A DNA stretch of 64,000 nucleotides from Glaucostegus cemiculus (Eukaryota). The position numbers and the translations under genes were made by a program. This document shows, piece after piece, positions 1 through 12,569 of this stretch; within the stretch, counting starts at the first letter, position 1, and every line of letters begins with the position of its first letter. Under the pieces are notes generated by a model that was not told where the DNA came from, made no database searches, and saw nothing but the letters and a program-made list of their open reading frames with translations. The DNA lies in contig CDPCPM010000301.1 in assembly GCA_976551045.1 (NCBI GenBank), positions 1,240,001-1,304,000 of the forward strand, read 5' to 3'.

Positions 1-420
1 AAATAATTTAACCTGAAAGAACAGAAAATACTGGATAACACTAAGTCTACCCAGTTCTGGAGAGGCAGGGGGTATGTTGTCACTGATTAAAATGAGGGGT
101 TGACTATTTATGACAGAGATGAGGTGAATTATTTTCACTCAAAGTCATAAGGCTGGAATTCTCATGCTCATAGAGCAGGGGAAGTAGAGTATGAATATTC
201 TTAAAACAGGGCAGAAAGATTCTTGATAGGCAAGGGAGGTTGTGGAGGGGGGTGAAACATGAGTTAAGTGGTCTAGTCTTGCTCTTATGTTTGTATGTTC
301 ATGAAACTATGCGTGATGAAGTACAAGGGAAACAACCTTTCTTGTTATGTAATATATGCAAGTCTTAATCAATGATGAAACCTTATAAAGACTGAATTTA
401 GTTTCAACGCAAGTACTAAC

Positions 421-609
421 CTCAAGATATCTCTGTTGTAAGGAAAACTCAACAGATTTGAGTCACTAAAAATTTTCATCCATAGATTCCGTACAAATAA
501 AGGAGTGTTGTCACTTAACAAGTTTAGGTTACAGTCCCGGTCTATAATCGAGATTATCTGTGCCAGGAGAGGCGTTACTATTGTTTGAATTCGCTTCCAA
601 AGTGTGTGC
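421..609 (-). CDS. RNF213: RNF213 exon (HTLWKRIQTIVTPLLAQIISIIDRDCNLNLL...)
   Basis: tttcacag acceptor, gttagt donor, 189 nt, phase 2/2; resembles human RHTLWKRVQGAVTPLLASMISFIDRDGNL. Confidence 0.93.
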
Positions 610-1509
610 CTGTGAAACAAAGTGCAATTCCTTTTATAAATTATGAATTCCAGAGTTAAGATAACCTGACGGATATCAAGCATAAAATATGTGAAATAAA
701 TCAAGTAGTTGTTTTTGGGTGAATCCTGACTTCTGTGAGAAAACCTTGTAGTTTATTTGGGGGTGGCTGGTGTGGAGGGTATATGATGGAAGAAGGATGG
801 ACAGTAATATTATTCTATTGCTTGTATTAACATCAATGCAAATTGGCACAATAAAGTAAAACTATGAAGGTAACTAGGAAGGCGATAAGCAGGAAATTGC
901 ATTGAGTAAATTGATTCAAACTGCTTGGATTTTGCAACATTTGGAATAAAATTCCATCTATATGCTTTAGGAGCATCCTCTAAACTTTCTGGCATCTTTC
1001 TAAAAGAACGTAACTCCCATCTGTATTCTCAACATTGAAAATTACATAAGCACAATGAGATAAATTAATGTGCTAGTAAAGAGAAGTGAAGACAGATGAA
1101 AATTAGGCAAGAATGAGGGATAATATGGTACTTCAGCAAAACGCAAGACCATCAAATTAAATGATGCAATACCAAATTGCAGGAAAGGTTTCTCAAAATT
1201 ACATGCAATGCACAGGTAAATTTACTGACCCATTTCTCCCAGGGAAGAGCTGTGTTTGAATGGAGAAACTAGTTAAACAACTGGTCGATGCTGCTGATTT
1301 GCCGACCTACCTCCGACTTCAGCATCATACTAGGAATGTAGGATTGATTCATTGAAATTAACTTATTGCATGGAGTTCTATTGCTGCAAAGTTGGTAACT
1401 GTGTATTTAAATATTTTACCCAACTAGCATAAAGTGATTCTTCAATAATTCATTTCATATTTTAAAAAATCCTGTGGTTTCTTAGACTAAGAAGCATACT
1501 TGAGTTTAC

Positions 1510-1645
1510 CTGAAAGTGCCACCTTCCTGAAGTGCTTCAACATTTGAAGCTACCCGTATCATCCACTCAGATGCAATGAAAGACTCCTCATCACATTTCA
1601 GTAGCAGGGAGTGCAGCCTTTGCTTCATCATTGCCAGGAATGATG
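1510..1645 (-). CDS. RNF213: RNF213 exon (SFLAMMKQRLHSLL...ALQEGGTFR)
   Basis: tatttag acceptor, gtaaac donor, 136 nt, phase 1/2; resembles human ALQEAGTFR. Confidence 0.93.
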
Positions 1646-2018
1646 CTAAATAAGAAAATAATGACATGAAAATTAATTAATGAGACATATTGCTACTCCT
1701 TTGTACAATGTAAACATCTAATTGCTCACAGCAGGACAGCTGTTTACGAGGAATGCCAATTATGCATTATGTGATAATTATCTGTGAATCAGTAGTAAGG
1801 GCTTATTTCAAAAATATCAGACGTACTGAAAGAAAAACATGACATTCCTGACAGCAAATTCTAGATTTCCACATTTAATTGCCATGTGTGGATGTATCCT
1901 GTAATAAGTGTTAGTGTTGATAACCTGTCATTATTATAAATGAGGACCATGATGTTAATCTCTAAATTAGTATTTTAGATATAAAACTTGAATTAGTGTA
2001 AAGACATTAACAACAAAC

Positions 2019-2172
2019 CTTTGAATTCAACATCTTCTCTTAACAGTGAAAGCAAGATTTCAACTCGTGCGGTGCTGCGACTTGAACTCTGATGCAGCTC
2101 CTTCAGCATGCTAACAGCAGTCTGCACGCAATTCCTTATGAGGGAGGTTGTATCCAGTATCTTTGTCTTATC
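2019..2172 (-). CDS. RNF213: RNF213 exon (DKTKILDTTSLIRNCVQTAVSML...)
   Basis: taataag acceptor, gtttgt donor, 154 nt, phase 0/1; resembles human ILDTTRLLRSCVQSAVGML. Confidence 0.88.
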
Positions 2173-2523
2173 CTTATTAAAAATACAGTTTTAGAACCAG
2201 TTTATGAATTAGCTAAACATATATAAAACATATCACATGTAGAACAAGTTCAAATTGTTTTACACTTTAATTCACTAGCAAAAATCTCCCTACAATTTTG
2301 AAGAAACCATTTTTTCTTCCACACTATTTTATTCTCTCCTGGAATTTTGAGATGCCAAATCAAACCTGCTAAATTATGTTTATCGTCATTCTTTGGATAT
2401 GTCAAAATTTAAAAAAAAGCTCAATTTCAGGATTTTCAGAGACACTGACAACATATGATACTGTAGGCACTGTTAGTAAGAGATTCCCAAGACAAGGTTC
2501 TTCAAAAGAATTGGAACACTTAC

Positions 2524-2555
2524 AAAAATCTCCTTCTCCTGGTCAACGCTCATGG
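2524..2555 (-). CDS. RNF213: RNF213 32-nt micro-exon (PMSVDQEKEIF)
   Basis: tgtttcag acceptor and gtaagt donor; phase 1/0 bridges the phase mismatch between the flanking exons. Confidence 0.75.
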
Positions 2556-3039
2556 CTGAAACACAAACAGATATTTGTTAAATTTATGACCTTCATTCTT
2601 ATAAAGACATTTTGAATTAATTATCACAAGTTCATTGATCAATTAAACAACTATTAACCAAACTACTCAAAGGCTTTCCATTGAAAACAGAAAATAAATC
2701 AGGAGTGTGATGAGATACTCTCCACTTGGTTGAGTGCAGTTTGACAAACACCATCAAAGATAAATCAATTCATTTTGTGGTGTTCTGATGAAAGATCAAC
2801 ATGAAATATTAACTCTGTTTCTTTCTCCACGGACACTACCTGCCTGCTGACCACTTCCAACATTCTCTATTTTTATTTCACTTCATTGACACCTCATTCA
2901 CTACTTAAAGCATTCAGTTCCTCTACAACTAGCTGTTTCCACAGTGTGTGCCATTTACAAAATGCACTGCAGCAACTTGCTAAGGCTTCTTCAACAGCAC
3001 TCACTCCCCACATACACTACCTTACTGGATTAATTCCAT

Positions 3040-4480
3040 TTAACATTTTTCTGCTCAATAGACCAGACCATTTTCTCCTCACTGTCAACCACACAGCTAA
3101 TTTTTGTATCATCTGCAAACATCTTTATCATGCTCCTTACACTTAGGTCTTAATCATTAATGTGTATTACAAAAAGTGTGGGACCAAGTTCTGAATTTGG
3201 TGGAACCCCACTAGTAACAGTTTTCCAGACAAAAGACACACTTGAACAATTACCTCCTGCTATTGGCCAGTTTTGGATTTAATTCACCACTTTCCCTTGG
3301 ATCCCATGAGCTTTTACTTTTTGACCAGTCTGCCACATGAGGTCTTGTCAAAAGTCTTGTCAAAATCCACAAAAGCCTACCTGTATCAACTCTCCTTGTT
3401 GCATCTGCAGTGAACTAAGAGTCACAGAGATATATAGCATGGAAGTAGGCCATTCAGCCCATCATCTCCAAGCCATCCAATGGGCACCCATTTGCACTGA
3501 GCTCAATCAGGGCGTTAGGATGGCACGATAGCGTAGCGGTTAGCGCAACGCTATTACAGTGCCAGTGATCGGGGTTTGATTCCTGTTGCTGTTTGTAAGG
3601 AGTTTGTACGTTTTCCCGTGTCTGCGTGGGTTTCCTCCGGGTGCTCCGGTTTCCTCCCACATTCTAAAAGACGTACAGGTAGGTTAATTTGGGGGTTTTA
3701 AATGGGCAGCGTGAACTCGTTAGGCCGAAAGGGCCTGTTACCACGCTGTAAATAAAAATTAATAAAATTAAAAAAATTTAAATTAAAAAAAAAATACCTT
3801 TCAATGCCTAAGTGATTAAAATTCTCACCTAAACACTTCTTAAATGTTGTCAGCGACTCAGGTTCAACCACTCAAATGAGCAATGCATTCCAGGCACTCA
3901 CCACTCTCTGGATGAAAAAGTCCCCTTCCTTACCCTAAATCCACATCCCTTTGTTTTTCCACCCGACATGGAGAAAAGTTTCCTACAGTCTATTCTATCA
4001 ATACTCCTCAATTTTATAAACCTCAATCATGTCCCCTCTTAACCTTATCCGCTTCAGGGAGAACATACTTAGATTCTCCAGTCTCTCCTCATAATCCAAA
4101 CACTTAATTCCAGGCAACATCCTGGTGAATTTCCTTTGCATCCTCTCTAGTTTTATCTTGTCCTTTCTGTAGTGTGGTGCACAGAACTGCAAGCAATCAA
4201 ATTAGTCAAACATGATGATGCAGAGTTTCAACCCAAAATGTCAACAATTCCTTCCCCCTCCCTACTGCTCGACCCACTGAGTTCCTCCATCAGATCATTT
4301 GAGGCTCCAGATTCCAGCATCTGCACTCTCTTGTCTCCTAGGCATACACAAACTTCCCTTAACAAATCTATACTGAATTTCCTTGATTAATCTTTGTCTT
4401 TTAAAATGAATATCGTTCCCTGGAATGCATTCTAATAATTTTCTCACCAGCAAAAGTGAACTAACTGGTATGTAATTTTG
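3040..4480 (-). mobile_element. Cluster of decayed CR1 (HER1-like) LINE fragments, interrupted by a SINE and a Penelope-derived repeat
   Basis: Minus-strand FADDTK-type RT segment near 3100, and ORF 3998..4192 (PHYRKDKIKLERMQRKFTRMLPG). Confidence 0.75.
3520..3794 (+). mobile_element. V-SINE (HE1-like), CR1-type tail
   Basis: tRNA-like head (tagcgtagcgg A box), V-domain gtgggtttcctccgggtgctccggtttcctcccac, tail ggccgaaagggcctgttacc, A-rich end. Confidence 0.88.
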
Positions 4481-4649
4481 GGAATAACTGTGATGATATG
4501 AAGACTAAAATAAAGTGAGTGACACTGATCAATGACAATATCAATCTCTGATACCAATCTGCATCATCAGTCAACACCAATCTGTCTCATCTATTTTCCT
4601 AATATGCACCTGTAACATACGCTCCCTTTATTCTCAACTCTCTCATCTC

Positions 4650-4845
4650 CAGTGCCAGCGATCAGGGTTCGATTCTGTCGCTGACTGTAAGGAGTTTGTA
4701 CGTTCTCCCGTGTCTGCATGGGTTTCCTTTGGGTGCTCCGGTTTCCTCCCACATTCTAAAAGACGTACGGGTAGGTTAATTTGGGGGGTTTAAAATGGGT
4801 GGCGCGGACTCATTGGGCCGAAAGGTCCTGTTACCACGTTGTAAA
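4650..4845 (+). mobile_element. 5'-truncated V-SINE, CR1-type tail
   Basis: Aligns with the 3520 copy from the B box onward. Confidence 0.85.
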
Positions 4846-5177
4846 TTTCTCTGCAATTTAAAGCATGTCTGTTTTCTAAATTTTCCAACTTCTGACCAAA
4901 AAGTTAACCCTTTCCCTCTCTACAATGTTGTCTGATCATTACCACAAAAATGCTCCCACAATGATACCTCCTCCATTGCCCAGATTAATATCCAAAAATT
5001 AAATCCAGAACTGCACCAGCTACGAATACCAACGCCCCCCCTCTCAATGCAAGTTGAATTACACTTTTAGAGTGATTGTATCCCAGTTCACATTAGGGTA
5101 ATTGAAATCTTATGGAAATCATGTTGAAGGGAAATAAATGGGGTTCTCAAAAACTAAGTAAAATATTAAGCACGTAC

Positions 5178-5300
5178 GTTCATTCTCGCCTGGGTCTCTG
5201 CCAAAAAGCTGGCTAATAGTAACGCCTTTGAAAGCTGACACATCTGCAACCATGTCTTTCGATTTCCTGAGGTCATCAATATGAACTGACTGCCATGGGT
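5178..5300 (-). CDS. RNF213: RNF213 exon (PWQSVHIDDLRKSKDMVADV...)
   Basis: ctttttag acceptor, gtacgt donor, 123 nt, phase 1/1; resembles human WQSVHIDDLRRS. Confidence 0.93.
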
Positions 5301-6881
5301 CTAAAAAGAGAGAAAATGTATTAAGGTGGAACTACAATTCATTGCAACTTACTTTTGTATCAAATGTACAGATACATAAATATTTTGATTAATCATAAAA
5401 TGAAAATAAAAAAAAACTGCAGACACTGAAAATCTGAAATAATAGCAGAAAATGCTGGAAACATTTACCAGGTCAGTCAGCTTCTATGGAAAGAGCAACA
5501 GAGTTAACAGTTCAGGTTTAATACCCTTCATCAGAAATGGCTCTGACAAAGGATGTTTGGTCTGAAACTTTATCTCTACTTCTCTCCCACATATGCTGCC
5601 CGATCTACTAAGTGTTTCCCAGGAGTTTCTGTGGATTAATTATTGCATGTTTAACTAGAGGGCACACAAACACTGAATTATTTATTATATACATTATCAA
5701 AGTAACCATTCTGATATTGCAACAGTTTACTTGGTCTTTACCAACATTATCCAAATTCAATGGTTGTGAAAAACTAGAATTACTAACTTTTACGTAAATT
5801 TGCTCACTTGAAAAAATTTGATCACTGTTGTCCAACATGATCCCTCAGCAAAGAGGTCATTTACCAGGAGCACAGATATAAAGAAATTGGTACAAGGAGT
5901 AGCAGAAGCTTCAAGCTATTTTCTCATACAGAGGGGGCTTGAAGGTCTGGAACTTACTGCCGGAAGGAGTCATACAGAGAGAAACCCTCATTAGATTCAA
6001 AAAAGAGTACATGGATGCCCAAAATTTAGAACCAAACCTTTCAGAAAAAAAGTTAAGAAACTGTTTTACATGCAGTTTGATAGATCCATAAACATAAAAT
6101 GATTGCTAGATTTTTGCTAGGGAAAGAGAATAAGGAATGTAGGGATGGAAGGATGAAAAGCAGATAAATAAAGGTGGATCACAGATCAACCATTTCACTG
6201 ATTGAGGGCCAAAAATGTGTGTCACTGTTTCAACACTTGTTCTATGAGGAGCCACCAAAGCAAATATTCCAGCTAACCAACCAACAATGGTAGGTTAAGA
6301 GGGTTTATAAATATATGGGAACCATTCCTCCACAACTCAAAGTTTAAAGAAAAACAGCATAAGACCCTTTGACAAGTTTTATGATCATACCTTCTGAAAC
6401 CTCCAGAGCTGGAAAAGTATAATCTGAATCCCATACCTTATTGAATGAACGGAGAAAGTGTGGCTGAGAAAGATAGAACACAAGCAAGAGGTGACTTGCA
6501 AGCAAGTCAGTGCATGTGCGTACTCTGAATGTTATTTGTTGATTACATAGAACAATTTCTCCATGAATACTTGAGAGTTAGGTCAGTAAAGATACGAAGA
6601 TGCCAGCAACAAATTCTCACAGGTGGAACATGGCAGGATTCACAGTAATTTGTTTAATAGCTTGTAAAATCTAAGAATCCAGCCAAATTATATTTCAAAT
6701 CTTGATTAAATAAATTTCACTCCATAAAGTCCAAATAAAATTACTATTGCTGTCAGTTAATGTTGAACTATGTATTGTTTCATGCAAGGCCACTTTAGGC
6801 TAGGAAAGGCTAGTTTTTCTTTAAACTTTAACTAAAAGTACAAAGAAAAAATCAAACTGCTTTGAAATATCATTCTTGTAC

Positions 6882-7000
6882 CTCCATGAAATCCTGTGTA
6901 TGCTGATCCACCTTTTATTCTTGGCAACTTAGTGAGGAAATACACGTTGACAGTTCTATTGATACCTTTGAACTTGTTGATTTCATTTAAAGTAGAATAC
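6882..7000 (-). CDS. RNF213: RNF213 exon (YSTLNEINK...VYFLTKLPRIKGGSAYTGFHG)
   Basis: tgtgtag acceptor, gtacaa donor, 119 nt, phase 2/1. Confidence 0.92.
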
Positions 7001-7530
7001 CTACACAAATAACAGAAGTAGAATATGTATAAACTAAAAAAAGAACACATTTAAGCCACTACATAATTTTCTATGCAGTAAAATTCCCTTTGTCTCAGCT
7101 GCACTAATTTTCCTTTCATTGATTATCTATTTTTTCTTACTTGTCAGATCTGATTCCATATCTACAACTTTTGATTACTTTCTACTTTTAACATCTATTA
7201 TTTCAGTAACTCTGGAAATTCAAAGCTTAATACCTTTACAAATGTTAAGAAATATAAAATGCTGTTACTATGAAACAAGCAAAATAAAACACAAAGTTAA
7301 ATAAATCATCACAAAGTCAGAAACAAAAAGAGTATTCTTTTGAAAAGCTTGGGAAGGAACATGAGATTATTCTATCTTGCCTAAATATGCTTTTATTGAA
7401 AAGCAAAATCAGCATTAAAGCATGAATTATTGATGGAAATATTAATTACAAATAAGAATAGCTATTAATTTCATTGCAGCTATCCAATACATTGCTGATA
7501 CAATAAAAATATATTAATTATAACTGCAGT

Positions 7531-8575
7531 CAGGACCTTGAGATAGTTAATAGGGAGGTCTTGCGGATAGACTGCATCCTCAAGACCTTCCTATTAACTA
7601 TCTCAAGCTCCTGGATGTCTTGGTACTGGATGGTATTGGATGTCTTAAAACATACGAAGATAGGTACATTTCCAGGGCCTGATCAGGTATATCCAAGAAC
7701 ACTGTGGGAAGCTAGAGAAGAAATTGTGGGAACCCTGGCTGAGATATATGCATCATCATTAGTAATGTGAAGTGCCGGAAGACTGGAGGATGGCTAATGT
7801 TATTTAAGAAGGACTACAACGAAAGACCTGGGATCTATAGACCAGTAAGCCTAAAATCCGTGGTAGGTAAGTTACTAGAGAGGATTCTGAAGGATGCACT
7901 TCGACAGACGGGTTGATTAGGGATAGTCAGCACAGCTGTGTATGGGAGAATGTGTCTCATAAATCTGATTGAGTTTTTGAAGAAGTAACTAAGAAGGTCA
8001 ATGAGGGCAGGGCAGTAGACTCTATATGCACTTCAGTAAGACCTTTGATAAGGTCTTGCATAGTAGGCTATTATGGAAAGTTAGATCACATGGGAGCTAG
8101 GGAGAGCTAGCTAATTGGATACAGAATTGGCTTGATGGTAGGAAGCAGGGGGTGATGGTGGAAGTTTGTTTTTCCGACTGGAGCCCTGTGACTGGTGGTG
8201 TTCCCCAGGGCTTGGTGCTAGATGCATTGCTATTTGTCATCTATATCAATGATTTGGATGAGAATATACAAGGCAAGGCTAGTAAGTTTGCAGATGACAC
8301 CAAGGTAGGTGATGTCATTGATGGTGAAGATGGTATCAGGATTTACAAAGGGATTTTGACCAGCTGGGTAAGCGGGCCAAGGAATGGCAAATGGAGTTTA
8401 ATTTGGTTAAGTGCAAAGTATTGCAGTTGGGAAGACAAATGAGGGTAGGACTTTTGCAGTGAATGATAAAGCCCTGGGGAGTATTGCAGGGACCTAGGAG
8501 AATATGGTTCCCTGAAAGTGGGGTCACAGGTAGACAGGGTGGAGAGAAAGGCCTTTTGCATGCTGGCCTTTATCA
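7531..8575 (+). mobile_element. CR1 LINE ORF2 fragment
   Basis: PGPDQVYPRTLWEAREEI, GVPQGLVL and KFADDTKVG motifs; frameshifted. Confidence 0.9.
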
Positions 8576-8601
8576 AGATAGAACACAGACATGGTACTCA
8601 C

Positions 8602-8697
8602 TTTGCAGAAGCAATCAAATTTGCACTCTGTGAATTGTTTTCAAAATCCGTTTGTATGAGCAAGACTGTGTTTCCATAGCTAGAATCAATACAGTGC
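8602..8697 (-). CDS. RNF213: RNF213 exon (HCIDSS...LIQTDFENNSQSANLIASAK)
   Basis: tttctag acceptor, gtgagt donor, 96 nt, phase 2/2; resembles human QTDFEDGIRSAQLIASAK. Confidence 0.92.
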
Positions 8698-9325
8698 CTA
8701 GAAACAAAGTATTTGAACACATTTAATTGACCAGCATTTGTTTATATTTGAATAGTGTATAAGCAAGATTAAGGTGGACTTATTAGAGGAAATATTGATT
8801 AGTACATTTATTAATCTGTTTACCCTTCCCACCTCCATGAGAGAAAACATTGATTACAACTCATCTCAATGTCAATCTTTAAATTGGTGCAGAACCATCA
8901 TAACATTTCAATTTATTTCAAACTACTTGGAAGAAGTTTTGATATAATATTTAGTATTTGTTATGAGGAATGTATAACAGGCAACTGGACCATAGCAAAG
9001 GACATGATTAAGCTGAAAGGATAAATGTTTATATTCCAAGTGGGATTGTAAAGGATTCCGCTGCATCACTTGAAGTCAAACACATTTTGCATCCCTGATA
9101 TGAAACTCATAAATCCAAAGATGCTGAAAATCCAAAATAAAAAGAAAAGATGCTGGATATATTCAGCAGGTCAGACAGCAACTATGGAAAGAGAATCTGA
9201 CCTGCTTAGTGTTTTCAACAATTTTTCTGTTTTTATTGCTTACAGGATATTTTGACATCCTCAAGCTTCTTTTCTGATGTTGATCTAAACAAAAAAAGTA
9301 CTAGGATTAAATTTTAAAAAAATTA

Positions 9326-9775
9326 GCTCCATCGCAGGCACAACCCTATCCACCATCGAGGACATCTTCAAGAGGCGGTGCCTCAAGAAGGCAACATCCA
9401 TCACTAAGGACCTTCACCATCTAGCAGGAGGTACAGGAGCCTGAAGACCCACACTCAATGATTCAAAAACAGCTTATTCCCTTTCATCTGATTTCTGAAT
9501 GGTTCATGAACCCATGAACTCTACCTTATTATTCCTTTGGAGTAACAAACAATCTGCTGGAAGAACTCAGCAGATCAAGAAGCATCTGTGGGAAGAAAGG
9601 AATTGTCGACGCTGCGGGTTGAACACTATTTCAGGACCAATTCCTTTTTTTCATTATTCCTTCTTTGTATCTTGTTATTCCTTTTTTTGCACCATTTAGT
9701 TTTGCATTTATAGTAATTTTATGTCTTTGCACTGCACTGCTACAGCAAAACAACACATTTCATGCCATATCAGTC
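9326..9775 (+). mobile_element. Rex1/Babar-like LINE 3' fragment with an inserted Penelope-derived repeat (about 9541-9636)
   Basis: RCLKKATSITKD.HH...RRYRSLKTHT-type C-terminus followed by 3' UTR-like sequence. Confidence 0.7.
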
Positions 9776-9945
9776 TGTGAAAAACTCAAAATGTTTTCAC
9801 ACACTGTGCGCAGAGTGAAATTTTACATTGTGATACTGGTGCAAAGGCTCTTTGTTGTCCTAGGCCACTATCACTTATTGAAAACTACCAATTAGCTATA
9901 GAAACTTAATTTCAAATTTAATTTGAGTATTAACTGTAAACAGAC

Positions 9946-10082
9946 CTTATCTTCTTCAGAAATGAATGTTCCGTGTCAAACTGCTGCAGTGAGAAAAGGA
10001 AGATATTCTGAACACTGCCACTTAATCTTTTTCGCAAGAATTCAATGTCAGAAGCAGTTAGAAGCCGTGAATATGTTGTAAC
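9946..10082 (-). CDS. RNF213: RNF213 exon (VTTYSRLLT...LQQFDTEHSFLKKIR)
   Basis: gttttag acceptor, gtctgt donor, 137 nt, phase 0/2; resembles human ITTFSRLLT...LQQFDTEYSFL. Confidence 0.93.
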
Positions 10083-10264
10083 CTAAAACAAAGAATAAGC
10101 AGTTCTTTAATTATGCATAAAATACAGCAACTAAAAGATCCTCTTTCTGTGTTCCTAACCAAGCATGGTTTTACTAATGTGGCTTAACGTTGCTAATTTA
10201 ATTTCAAATTTCAGATATAACCAAAATGACATATGCAAGAAGTAGGAATCTGGGACAGTTAAAT

Positions 10265-12320
10265 TATAGTCAGAGTCATACAGCAGGAAACAGGCCCTTC
10301 AGCCCAATTTGTCCACGCCAGCCAAGTTGCTGAACTGAATTAGTCCCATTTGCCTACGTTTGGCCCATAACCCTCTAAATCTTTCCTTTCCATGTACCTG
10401 TCCAAATACCTTTTAAAAATTGTAGCTGTACCCGCCTCTACCACTTCCTCTGGCAGCTCATTCCACATTCCACCACCCTGTGTGGAAAAGTTGCTCCTCA
10501 TATCTCCTTTAAAATTTTCACCTCCCTCCTTAAATCTATGCCCTCTAGTTGTAGACTCCCCTACCCTGGGATAAAAAGACTGTGACCGTTCACCCTATGT
10601 AGGCCCCTCTTGATTTTATATAGCTCTATAAGGTTGAGCTTATATTGGCCTCCTATACTGCAGGGAAAAAACCTGCTGCCTATCCAGCCACTCCTTATAA
10701 CTCAGGCCCTCAGTCCTGCTAACATCCTCGTGAATCTTTACTGCACCCTTTCCAGTTTAAGGATATCCTTCCCATACTTCAGTAATCAGAAATGCACACA
10801 ATATTCCAAGTATGTGTTTGTACCTCTAGGTGTCTCTGTTCTACAACACTCTCCTGAGCCTTGCCATTTATTGTGCAAGGCCTGCTCTGGTTCAACTTAC
10901 CAAAATGCAACACTTCATACTTGTTTGAGTTTAATTCCATCTGCCATACCTTGGCCCACTTTCCCAGTGGTTCTAGATACTTCTGTAATCTTAAATAACA
11001 CTCTTCACTGTTCATTATGCCACCAATTTGGTGTCATCCACAAACTCACTAACCATACCAACTACATTCTCATCCAAATTGCTAATAGAAATGGTGAACA
11101 AAAGTGGATCCAGAACAAATCCTTGCGGCACATCACTGGTCACAGGTCTCCAACCTGAAAAACAGCCCTTTATTAACACCCTCTGATTCCTACTACCAAG
11201 ACAATTGGCTAGCTCGCCCTGGATCCCATGTGATCTAACCTTCCAGATCAGCCCACCATCTAGAACTTTGTCAAAAGTCTGGCTAAAGTCCAGGTAGACA
11301 ACGTCCACCGCCCTGCCCTCAACAGTCCTCTTGGTCCATTCTTCAAAAAGATCAGTCAAATTAATGAGACATGATTTCCTACGCAAAAAACCATGCCGGC
11401 TATTCCTAATCAGTCCTTGCCTTTCCAAATGCTGGTAAGATCCTGTCCCACAGAACCCCCTCCAGTAACTTTACCACTACTGATGTTGGGCTCATTAGCC
11501 TGTAGTTCCATGCTTGTCCTTGCAGCCCTTCTTAAATAAAGGCACAAGTTATCCTCCATCTTCTGGTACCTCACCTGCAGCTAATGGTGATACAAGTATC
11601 TCTGCCAGGGCCCCAGGCAATTACTTCCCTACCTTCCCACAATGTCCTATGATACACTTGGTCAGGACCGGGGATCTATCCATATTTATGTGCTTTAAGA
11701 CTGCTATCACCTCCTGTTTTGTAGTGTTTCAAGACATCACTATTCTCTTCACTGAGTCCCCTAGCTTCCATCAACCCCTCCACAGTAAATACAGATGAGA
11801 AATATTCATTTAAGGCATCACCCATCTCCTGTGACTCCACACACAGAAGCCCACATTGATCCTTAAGGTGCCCTATTCTCTCCCTAGTTACCCTTTTGCT
11901 CTTAATATACTTATAGAATCTCTTAAGATTCTCCTTTACCTTATTTGCCAAAGTTATCTCATGTCCTCTTTTTGTCCTCCTGATTCCCTTCTTAAGTGTA
12001 CAGCTACATCTCAAGGGATTCTCTTAATCTTAGCTGCCTTTACCTGACATATACCACCTTCTTTTTCTTGATCACAGCCTTGACCTTCACTCTAACAAGA
12101 ACATGCTGGCCCTCAACTCTCCCCATCTCACTTTTAAAAGCCTCCCACTTGCCAGATATCCCTTTACCTACGAACAGCCTCTCTCAAGTTTACAAGTTCC
12201 TGTCTAATGCCATCAAAATTAGCCTTGCCCCAGTTTAGAACTTTAACTTATGGATCAGTCTTATCTCTTTCCATAACTATTTTAAAATGAAAAGAGTTAT
12301 GATCACTGGTCCCAAAGTGC
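10265..12320 (-). mobile_element. CR1 LINE ORF2 fragment with 3' tail
   Basis: ORFs 10779..12014: KVKENLKRFYKYIKSKR, HGFLRRKSCLINL, VDVVYLDFS, VPQGFVLDPLLF. Confidence 0.92.
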
Positions 12321-12569
12321 TCCCCCAATGACAAATTTTATTATAATGAAATCTAGGCTTCCAGCAGACAAGCAAAAAACAAATTCCAATACCAAACAAG
12401 GATTTTAACTTTTAAGCTTGCCTGAAGAAACAATTATCTCAAAAGTCATTATGAAAGGATTTCTTTGTAGATATGTATTATGGCTAGAAAAGCAAACTTC
12501 ATCCAGTAATGTAAGTATAAGCTACTTTTATAGTGTAGAAAACTATGTTTGTCATTAAAAATATAGTAC

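Noticed and set aside
1-30. Possible acceptor (ttctttcag on minus) starting another RNF213 exon at position 12
   Set aside because: Only 12 nt are visible, the peptide is not recognisable, and the flank resembles the Penelope-derived repeat end.
3520-3600. tRNA genes at SINE heads
   Set aside because: A and B boxes are present but continue into the V-domain and LINE tail, so these are SINEs.
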